Shown here in pieces: positions 49,920 to 59,044 of a stretch of DNA of 59,044 bases (within the stretch, counting starts at the first letter, position 1; every line of letters begins with the position of its first letter). The translations under genes were made by a program, and so were the position numbers. This DNA is from Octopus bimaculoides (Eukaryota), in assembly GCF_001194135.2 (NCBI RefSeq), contig NC_068982.1:187070605-187129648 (forward strand), written 5' to 3'. A model generated the notes under the pieces. It worked only from the letters and a program-made list of their open reading frames with translations, had not been told where the DNA came from and made no database searches.

Positions 49920-50897
49920 GAATCGGAAATGGAGGCTCTAATCTGCGCTGCCCAAAAGCAGGCACTAAGAACAAACTACATAAAATACAAAATAGACAAC
50001 ACAGCAAAAAGTCATAAGTTCAGAATCTGTGGACAAAACGGTGAAACCGTATGGCATATTACCAGCCAATGTACGCCACTAGCCCAGAAGGAATATAAGA
50101 GATGCCATACAAAAGACCAGTGGTTATGGATGAGGAGTGACCCGAAGATAGAGACAGAAGCACTTATATGCGCAGCTCAAGAACAAGCGTTAAGGACTAA
50201 CTACGTGAAATGCAGAATCGACAACACTACCGAGAGTGACAAATGCAGAATTTGTGCTGAGAGGGGTGAAACAGTATGGCACATCGTCAGCGAATGCCCG
50301 GAATTGGCACAACGCGAATACAAAAGACAACATGACAGCGTGGTAAGAATGATCCATTGGGAGTTCTGTGGAAATCACGGCTTTCAAAGAGCAAAGACGT
50401 GGTATAAGCAAACCCCAGAAGGAGTCACCGAGAATGAAAATTGCAAAATCCTGTGCGTTGCAATGGTTCAGTGCGATCACCTGACCAGACAGTGGGAAAC
50501 CGGACATTGTTTTCGTGAAAAAAAAAATGAAAAAATATGCATGATAATCAACATAGCATGTCCCAAGATCAAAAGAAAAAGACGAAAAACTGAACAACTA
50601 CGACAATTTCAAGTGGGAAATACGAAGGTTGTGGTCAATGAAGAGAGAAGACACGATACCAAGAGTAATTGACGCACTTGGAAGTATCAGCACTCAGCTA
50701 CCAACATGGCTTGAAAAGATCGGTGCAAGTGTGAAGGTAGAACACCTACAAAAATCAGCATTGTTTAGAACTGCAAGAATTCTTCGCAGAGATCTTGAAG
50801 CATGACCAGTAAACAAGTGTCACCTTAGTATGCTGGCTGTGGACAGCTGACCCCCTTTCCATCATACCCAGCAAAATAAGCTGAGAGTTCTCATATG
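49920..50897 (+). mobile_element. Dong/R4-type RLE non-LTR retrotransposon, 3' part (CCHC knuckles, frameshifted PD..D endonuclease, 3' UTR)
   Basis: ALICAAQEQALRTNY..CRICAERGETVWHIVSEC, KPDIV in an alternate frame, LQKSALFRTARILRR*. Flanked by (TAA)n on both sides. Confidence 0.85.
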
Positions 50898-50974
<77 letters not shown>

Positions 50975-50984
50975 NNNNNNNNNN

Positions 50985-51037
<53 letters not shown>

Positions 51038-51038
<1 letters not shown>

Positions 51039-51180
51039 TATTCAGACAAATACATAACAAAAACACCAGGACTTACAAATATATATAACATACAGAAAAT
51101 TGCACTACTGGGTACTGCACACATCCACACAAAAAACACTTTCAATACAGTAACCATAAGAGCACCACAGCAAACCACAG
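51038..51180 (+). mobile_element. Dong/R4-type C-terminal fragment, different subfamily
   Basis: IQKIALLGTAHI motif directly after (TAA)n. Confidence 0.7.
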
Positions 51181-51511
51181 CNNNNNNNNNNATTATTTCT
51201 AAAGAACGTGAATAAGACTATAACAAAGAACTTCAAATATATTATGTGAAATCACTAATAATAATAAAAATAATAGTTATTTCTAATTTTTGCCACAGGG
51301 ACAGCTTGTGGGAGGTGGAGATGTGTCGATTATATCGACCCCAGTGTTCAACTGGTACTCCTTTTATCGATCCCGATAGGATGAAAGGCAAAGTTGACCT
51401 CGGCGGAATTTGAACTCAGAACGTAGCGACGGGCGAAATACTGCTAATCTTTTCGTCCAACGTGCTAATGATTCTGCCAGCTCACCGCCATATAATAATG
51501 ATAATAATAAC

Positions 51512-51566
<55 letters not shown>

Positions 51567-51569
<3 letters not shown>

Positions 51570-52060
51570 CACAGAGGCAAAGTAATGTCGTCTGATGGTG
51601 TAAAAGCTACCAACGGCGAGAAAATCAAGGATATTGAGTCTAATGGATATAAATCTCTGGGGATTTTAGAATACGATAAAATCAAGGAAAGTGAAATAAA
51701 GGAAAGCTTTAGGCGAGAATATCTCAGAAGAACTAAGTTAATTATGGAAAGTAGATTCAATGGAAAAAACAAAATCAGGGCAATGAATACATTGGATGTT
51801 TCCTTAATGCGATATGGCGTAGGTGTTGTTAGTTGGACGAACAACGAGCTTGAGGAAATGGACAGGAAAACTAGAAAAGTGATGACAATTAACAAGGAAC
51901 TACACCCGAAAAGCAATACTGACAGACTGTATGTGCCTAGAAATAGGGGAGGAAGAGGTCTCATAGGATGCAAGATCTGTGTTGTCCACGAGAAGAACCG
52001 TCTTGGATGGTACATCAAACAGCAGAGTGAATCCTTGCTTGCTGTTCTAGCGATCATGAC
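51567..52060 (+). mobile_element. Dong/R4-type post-RT fragment
   Basis: YKSLGILE..EY.RR.K.I..S..NGKNKI.A.NT....MRYG.GVV.WT..EL..DRKTRK..LHPKS..DRLYVPR..GGRGL, directly after (TAA)n. Confidence 0.85.
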
Positions 52061-52189
52061 AGATCGGAGGCTCACTTCTAAGCCATTCAATTTATTTTAA
52101 AGTTATCTCTACAGGTTTTCTATGGAAATTAGAGACAGCAATGAAAGTTATGATGTTTCGTAAACGAACACATCTATGTAAATATTGCG

Positions 52190-52532
52190 ACCTACTCGGG
52201 TTTCAATTGCACAAGATCTCCTTGACTGTATTGAGAACGATGAGAACTTTTTGAAAACTTTGCGTAGGTCTCTGAGCAGGTATCACCAAGCTTTTGGCAA
52301 AATTTGATGCAAATTCTCTGCTCAACTTTCTCTGTGATGGTCAATGCAAAGATCACACACTACATACCTTCCTTCCAAGCACAGTTGTAAACAGCGGAAG
52401 TGAGCTAGAACGTTAGAACTTAGTGAGCATGCACAGCAGAGTTCAGGTCAATCTGTGCCCAGCGGTTTCACTCTGTGTGCTTTAGCTTCGTTACTATGGT
52501 AACAGTCCAGATACTTATTGATCAGACCACGT
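52190..52532 (+). mobile_element. Internally deleted mariner relic (tentative)
   Basis: SIAQDLLDCIENDENFLKT resembles the segment before the first catalytic Asp of mariner transposases. Ends in a TIR-like gatacttattgatcagaccacgTA. Confidence 0.5.
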
Positions 52533-52945
52533 ACGTAGACGTGTTCGTATATGAAACGTCGTTAATTTCAGTGCTGGCTCTAAATTCTATAGAGTATCTG
52601 TAGAGATAAACTTAAAAGTGACTGAATCGCACTGCTAACACGAAAACGTAAGACATAGTATTGGCTTATAAACCGTCAATATACCTGGAAATATATGATG
52701 CTTTCAAAATCAAATACGGTGTTCCGAGACCAGCAATCAATCCATTTTCTACTTTCTTGTCAGCCATTTTACGTTCAGAGACCGAAAGTACGCCGATGTT
52801 TTTTTTTCTTTCGCTTATAATCGAAAATAAAGTGACGTTTGTTTACAAAATTCTGAGTGAAACGCAAAATAAATGACGACGCCATTTAACGCACCTATAA
52901 TCAAATCCCCCTATCTACGATATGTCACGTGCAAGGAAAGCTCAC

Positions 52946-53077
52946 CTGTTTATTATTTATAATTAAACTATTTCGTCATTTTCTGTTTCCTGACTTGCTA
53001 CCTCCGCTGCCGCCGTCGCCGCCGCCGCTGCTGTTGTCGTTGTCGATGTTGCTGTCGCTGTTGTTATTGTTGCTATT

Positions 53078-53142
<65 letters not shown>

Positions 53143-53200
53143 CGCCGTCGTCGTCGTCGTCATCGTTGTTGTTGTTGTTGTTGTTGTTGTTGTTCAGTAG
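52946..53200 (-). other. Candidate non-coding first exon / promoter-proximal region of the PDZ gene
   Basis: CAG/GTGAGC donor at 52945 in CpG-rich unique sequence with (GCC/GTC/TAG)n tracts. No convincing open frame. The upstream limit is a guess. Confidence 0.3.
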
Positions 53201-53574
53201 CTAATCATTGTATATCGACACGATTATTTTGAGATAAAAGTCACCGCTATCAACTTGACCTTCTTCAACAGGAAACTCTCCAGTCAGAGATTACCTTTCA
53301 AGTGTTTTAATAAACAGCATTAAAAACCAAATGAAGTTCGTAGCAGACAACACAATAAAGTCCATCCACACAGCAGACGCAACAACAGAGCCAACATGTT
53401 GAGAGCCGAACTGCTACAAATGACAGTCAAGCCTTCTCTTATATGACACGCTGCCGTTTTAAAAAGGATAAGCATTTTTATCCAGATGGGATTTGAACAT
53501 ACAAAGTTATGATCCGGAACAAATAGTGTTTAGCGAGGGAAAAGGTGATGTGGCTACGGCCCTGGTAATCTTAT

Positions 53575-53956
53575 GTGTGTTGACACTCCGTCGCTTACGA
53601 CGTCGAGGGTTCCAGTTGATCGGATCAACGGAACAGCCTGCTCGTGAAATTAACGTGCAAGCGGCTGAGCACCCCACAGACACGTATACCCTTAACGTAG
53701 TTCTCGGGGATATTCAGCGTGACACAGTGTGACAAGGCTGACCCTTTGAATTACAGGTACAACAGAAACAGGAAGTAAGAGTGAGAGAAACTTGTGCTGA
53801 AAGAGTACAGCAGGGTTCGCCACCGTCCCCTGCTGGAGCCTCGTGGAGCTTTAGGTGTTTTCGCTCAATAAACACTCACAACGCCCGGTCTGGGAATCGA
53901 AACCGCGATCTTATGACCGCGAGTCCGCTGCCCTAACCGCTGGGCCATTGCGCCTC
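53575..53956 (-). mobile_element. tRNA-derived SINE family C
   Basis: Head ggcgcaatggcccagcggttagggcagcgg..ggtttcgattccc (A and B boxes). The 3' ~170 bp is shared with the copy at 15690-16010(+). Confidence 0.8.
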
Positions 53957-55096
53957 CATGGAAATCTTATAATCTTTTGGTTTCAAACGAGTCATGATAA
54001 GGAGTATCAAGAAATACAAAGACACAGGTTAAAATTGACGGCCACATTTATTTCTCCACCAACAGACGATACAGCAAACTGGTACAACATGAATAATTCT
54101 GTTAACAAATATACATTGTTTCCTCGTGCAGCTTGTACATGATGATACTCGTGAGAAAAACACAAAGCATGGAATCAAGGATTTCTGCTAACAATTCTCT
54201 CCTCTCTGAGAATGCATGGCGGAAATACCCAATTTATAGCTACGAGTAATGCTCAAAACACACCAAACTTTTGCTGGTCTGACTGGATAACTTAAAGCAT
54301 CCAATCGACACGAATGGATTTGGTCATGTGACCATTTGTAGAAGCAGGCAAAATACGTCAACTGGCAACGATTTAAGTCTAAACAGCCAAATAATAAACA
54401 TAGCGCCTGCTACAAGCGTAAAACAATGTTTTCCGACGCTCGAATGATTCTGTCAATCCATCGCCTTTATGATGATGATGATGATGATGATGATAAAAGC
54501 CCCGATGCAGTACCAGGCAATGGCTCTCATGGATTCTTATCTTAATTGATTGGAAGTGTTATCATGTACATTGTTTTGTCTTGGTATAAAAGATGGACTA
54601 CAGCAAATATTCCGCTTAATACCACAGATTTGCTTGTCAGTTGTTTGACCTTAACCAGTTGAGCATGTCTCTTGGTGGCTGACGATATGTGCATCTCTGA
54701 TCATGAGCAGAAGTAGTGGGGGAGCATCATAGCCATGTGTGGAGAGGAATTCTTTGAGGCTTGGATAATTCACCTTTGGAAACATGGGTGTTTTGCTCAA
54801 CATCCTTAAACAAACCTTATTCAAGGGCCTTTTGAGCGGGATGGGCTACCCGACCTGAAGAAAATTCTAACAGGGCTCCACTTGTGAGGTCATGCACTGT
54901 TTATCTTGATATGAGATCACCATGTCGCGCACATATGGTTGTGATGCATGTGCCTGGTGTACCCTTATCAGACGAGTAGTCATGATGGGTATACTGGGTT
55001 CCGTATATTTGTACCCCAGTGTCATTTGATGGCATGCGTTGCTATATATAATAAGCTACCATAGTACATCTCCAGCGTTAGGAGCTGTGCAAAGGC

Positions 55097-55173
<77 letters not shown>

Positions 55174-55189
55174 TGATAATAATAATGTC

Positions 55190-55545
55190 ATGACAACAAA
55201 CCAAGGATTGTCCATTAGATACTTTGCAACAAGTATGGACTTGACAGAGCAAAAAAAGGGGTACGAACACAAACCCGAAGGCATCATCGAAAATGATAAT
55301 GCAAAGATCTTGTGGGATTTTATGATTCAGTGCGACCATGAGATAGAGAATAGGAAGCCAGATATAGTCTTAATTGAGAAAGAAAACAAACTATGCTGGA
55401 TCATAGATCTAGCATGCCCAGCTGACAACAAGGTATGCGATAAGGAAGAAAGAAAAGTCGAGAGATATGACAGGTTAGCTTGGGAGGTTAAGCAGTTGTG
55501 GTTGATGAGAAAGGTAGCAGTAGTACCAATAATTGTCGGAGCCCT
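55190..55545 (+). mobile_element. Dong/R4-type RLE endonuclease fragment
   Basis: KILWDF.IQCDHEIENRKPDIVLIEKENK.C.IID.ACP.D..KVERY..LAWEVKQLW; PD..D motif in frame. Follows (TAA)n and runs into an N gap. Confidence 0.88.
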
Positions 55546-56568
55546 NNNNNNNNNNNNNNNNNNNNNNNNNNNNNNNNNNNNNNNNNNNNNNNNNNNNNNN
55601 NNNNNNNNNNNNNNNNNNNNNNNNNNNNNNNNNNNNNNNNNNNNNNNNNNNNNNNNNNNNNNNNNNNNNNNNNNNNNNNNNNNNNNNNNNNNNNNNNNNN
55701 NNNNNNNNNNNNNNNNNNNNNNNNNNNNNNNNNNNNNNNNNNNNNNNNNNNNNNNNNNNNNNNNNNNNNNNNNNNNNNNNNNNNNNNNNNNNNNNNNNNN
55801 NNNNNNNNNNNNNNNNNNNNNNNNNNNNNNNNNNNNNNNNNNNNNNNNNNNNNNNNNNNNNNNNNNNNNNNNNNNNNNNNNNNNNNNNNNNNNNNNNNNN
55901 NNNNNNNNNNNNNNNNNNNNNNNNNNNNNNNNNNNNNNNNNNNNNNNNNNNNNNNNNNNNNNNNNNNNNNNNNNNNNNNNNNNNNNNNNNNNNNNNNNNN
56001 NNNNNNNNNNNNNNNNNNNNNNNNNNNNNNNNNNNNNNNNNNNNNNNNNNNNNNNNNNNNNNNNNNNNNNNNNNNNNNNNNNNNNNNNNNNNNNNNNNNN
56101 NNNNNNNNNNNNNNNNNNNNNNNNNNNNNNNNNNNNNNNNNNNNNNNNNNNNNNNNNNNNNNNNNNNNNNNNNNNNNNNNNNNNNNNNNNNNNNNNNNNN
56201 NNNNNNNNNNNNNNNNNNNNNNNNNNNNNNNNNNNNNNNNNNNNNNNNNNNNNNNNNNNNNNNNNNNNNNNNNNNNNNNNNNNNNNNNNNNNNNNNNNNN
56301 NNNNNNNNNNNNNNNNNNNNNNNNNNNNNNNNNNNNNNNNNNNNNNNNNNNNNNNNNNNNNNNNNNNNNNNNNNNNNNNNNNNNNNNNNNNNNNNNNNNN
56401 NNNNNNNNNNNNNNNNNNNNNNNNNNNNNNNNNNNNNNNNNNNNNNNNNNNNNNNNNNNNNNNNNNNNNNNNNNNNNTTGACAAGGACAGAGAAGCTGTC
56501 GGAATATCGTTCAGACCAATAAAATATCTTTTGCAATCGAATCGCTCTCTTCGTATTGTCTAATAATA

Positions 56569-56609
<41 letters not shown>

Positions 56610-56799
56610 AATAATAATAATAATAATAGTGATTTCTTTTATTGGCGACAAGGGCCCAAGACGTGGAGGACAATATCGAAGGACGAATTACAGCACAAAA
56701 AGATTATAAAAACATGTGGGGTTAACATCAATCAAGGGAAGATACTAACACATTAAAAGGTATAACAGAGGATATATAATAGAAAGTAGAGAAATAAAT

Positions 56800-57482
56800 A
56801 ATGAATAAATAAATAGAATCCCCAATAGCAGGGCAATCCACTTAGGGTAATCCGGGTTAAACCCCACACAAAAATCCCGGATTACACTACCATCTCCAAG
56901 GCATAGGAAAGTGCCCTCTTCCAGTTTCTTTTTCTCCTGCTTAGAAAAGCATATTCAGAGTAGATCCATTCAGTCTCGCCAGTCTTGCCCCTGTCAACCA
57001 ACTTTCTAATAAACACACTGGAGGGCAGCACCTCCCTCTCTACTCTCACCTTCCTCTTCAAATGATATTTGAAGAAATTGATGAGGGCTTGGCCAGATAG
57101 GAATGGCTTGTCTTCAAACCATTCAGACGGGTCCACCACGCAGCCATTTTTGCCACAGCCCCTAAGTAGAGAAAGATCTGCCCTCCTTCTCTGCTAAGGG
57201 AAGGTGGTGCCTCGATCTTCACCATACACTCGGCAGATAACTGAATTGTTCTTACACGCGACAACAGCTGTTCCACACAATCCCACAATTCTCTAATGCA
57301 CGGACGCTGAATTATTGCATGCTGGACGGTTTCGTTCCCCTACAAGCATCTCGGGCAGGTTCGGCTGTTGGCGCTTTCATGCCTGAAGAGCTGGTCTCGA
57401 ATCGGCAGTGCTCTTCTGTATCACAGCCAAGCCAAAAACTTTTGGAAATTGTCCACGATCTTCGACCCGAAGGTCCTCTGGA
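56800..57482 (-). mobile_element. Tx1/L1-type LINE 3' fragment
   Basis: ALPIRD.L..TCPRC..ETVQHAI zinc knuckle, LWDCVEQLL, LINFFKYHLKRKVRVER, with stops and frameshifts. Confidence 0.7.
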
Positions 57483-57800
57483 AGAGAATAATAATAAAAT
57501 GTTTTCTTTTCTACTCACCACTGATGGTTGGTAAATGATATCGGGGACGGTGTACAGTATGGTATGATGCGGGATTGTGTAAGAAAGAAAAAAATAACAG
57601 CAACAGAAAAACAAAAAAAATCCCAACACGAAAAATTCCCCACAAAGGGCAGAGGACTTGAAATTGCTGCTAGTTGAGCAGACCAACCAAACCTCCTCCT
57701 CCTCCTCCTCCTCCTCCTCCTTCTTCTTCTTCTTCTTCTTCTTTACATTATTTACATTATCTACATTTGACGGATATTCTTCCTCATCTTGTTTGTTGTT

Positions 57801-57846
57801 AACACAACGTTTCGGCTGATATACCCTCCAGCCTTCGTCAGGTGTC
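57801..57846 (-). ncRNA. Minimal type I hammerhead ribozyme with intact core, in a Penelope-like fragment (~57740-57880)
   Basis: GACAC-CUGACGA-A-GGCUG-GAGGGUAUAU-CAGCC-GAAAC-GUU-GUGUU. Confidence 0.8.
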
Positions 57847-58458
57847 TTGGGGAAATTTCGAACCTGGGTTCTCATTCCTATCGCTGTTACNNNNNNNNNN
57901 NNNNNNNNNNNNNNNNNNNNNNNNNNNNNNNNNNNNNNNNNNNNNNNNNNNNNNNNNNNNNNNNNNNNNNNNNNNNNNNNNNNNNNNNNNNNNNNNNNNN
58001 NNNNNNNNNNNNNNNNNNNNNNNNNNNNNNNNNNNNNNNNNNNNNNNNNNNNNNNNNNNNNNNNNNNNNNNNNNNNNNNNNNNNNNNNNNNNNNNNNNNN
58101 NNNNNNNNNNNNNNNNNNNNNNNNNNNNNNNNNNNNNNNNNNNNNNNNNNNNNNNNNNNNNNNNNNNNNNNNNNNNNNNNNNNNNNNNNNNNNNNNNNNN
58201 NNNNNNNNNNNNNNNNNNNNNNNNNNNNNNNNNNNNNNNNNNNNNNNNNNNNNNNNNNNNNNNNNNNNNNNNNNNNNNNNNNNNNNNNNNNNNNNNNNNN
58301 NNNNNNNNNNNNNNNNNNNNNNNNNNNNNNNNNNNNNNNNNNNNNNNNNNNNNNNTATATATATATATATGTATGTATGCATGATCTAATGTTCAACAAT
58401 GGAGAATGACTGCTCAACACCACATTGGTGAATAAATATTCTTTATTTTTGAGTTAAC

Positions 58459-58549
58459 AAGGCAACCAATGGTTTCATGTTAAAAGATCCTCACAATTGT
58501 TCAAGCTATCCCATGGAAGACCTTTTCCCATGAAACCACTGATTGCCTT
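58459..58549. repeat. Small element with 21-bp terminal inverted repeats
   Basis: aaggcaaccaatggtttcatg / catgaaaccactgattgcctt. Confidence 0.55.
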
Positions 58550-58620
58550 AACCCATAAATGAATCTACGTATGTATGTATGTATGTATGTATGTATGTAT
58601 GTATGTATGTATGTGTGTGT

Positions 58621-58656
<36 letters not shown>

Positions 58657-58726
58657 GAATGCTGATGCAAACAGGAAAAAACAGAACTCAAAATATGAGC
58701 GTATGTATAATTTAATTAAAATTTAA

Positions 58727-58839
58727 CAGAAGCAACAGAGTGGCTCAAGGGCCGAGAGTTTAGTGCTTTGACACTTACCAAAGTTTGATAAGTGCCAGTA
58801 CACGAAACTCTCGGTTCTTTAGTCACTCTGTTGCTTCTG
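58727..58839. repeat. 113-bp foldback hairpin, TA-flanked MITE-like
   Basis: cagaagcaacagagtg..ccgagagttt.. versus ..aaactctcgg..cactctgttgcttctg; pairing continues to the centre. Confidence 0.75.
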
Positions 58840-58840
58840 C

Positions 58841-58871
<31 letters not shown>

Positions 58872-59044
58872 AACAAATAAAAATGGATTGCTCAAAACAT
58901 CGCTACATGGTGTTTCAGCAGTGTGGTCATTTATTCAACGAAGTATAATAATTATGCAATATTACATAACTTCACATTATTGCATAACCGCACCATTTCT
59001 TCAGGCAACAACTAGTCTTTCGTCGGCGAAATCAAATTAAGTTA

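Larger units (their letters stand above)
49799..55186. repeat. Cluster of long (TAA)n/(TAC)n/(TAG)n arrays
   Basis: Arrays at ~49799-49916, 50898-51037, 51495-51567, 53080-53140, 55098-55186. Confidence 0.9.

Noticed and set aside
51255-51567. SINE-B copies often flanked by TAA/ATT repeats, suggesting mobilisation by Dong/R4
   Set aside because: Relative to element sense the arrays are on opposite strands, and no shared 3' tail sequence was seen.
52515-52565. GAAACGTC motif resembling a hammerhead 3' half
   Set aside because: No CUGANGA core or stems upstream; it lies beside a mariner-like end.
53880-53956. tRNA-like sequence with A and B boxes
   Set aside because: No full cloverleaf or oligo-T terminator; it continues into a SINE body.
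14185-58423. Long ORFs dominated by X
   Set aside because: They are open only because they cross N gaps.

Overview
AT-rich, microsatellite- and retroposon-saturated eukaryotic DNA with many N gaps. The repeat content suggests a coleoid cephalopod (octopus-like) draft assembly; this is inference. Two convergent spliced genes are visible. (1) On +, the last two coding exons of the AP-3 adaptor mu subunit (2928-2996 and 33534-33599), separated by one ~30.5-kb intron. (2) On -, three exons (38354-38464, 37165-37311, 36777-36977) encoding a whirlin/PDZD7 PDZ3-type domain. Read from the ATG at 38413 they give a 135-aa protein starting MGNNICSC (myristoylation/palmitoylation-type N-terminus) and ending in a class I PDZ-binding motif (-TSSI). 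The rest is mostly transposon debris: RTE LINEs and their 3' tails, three tRNA-derived SINE families, Dong/R4-type RLE LINE fragments beside (TAA)n arrays, a Tx1/L1-type fragment, small MITEs, and Penelope-like fragments with three hammerhead-ribozyme motifs, one at the apex of a ~175-bp-arm foldback. Nearly all ORFs in the supplied track are microsatellite, gap or TE artefacts. All family assignments were made by eye from recalled motifs; no database searches were run, and most repeat boundaries are approximate.
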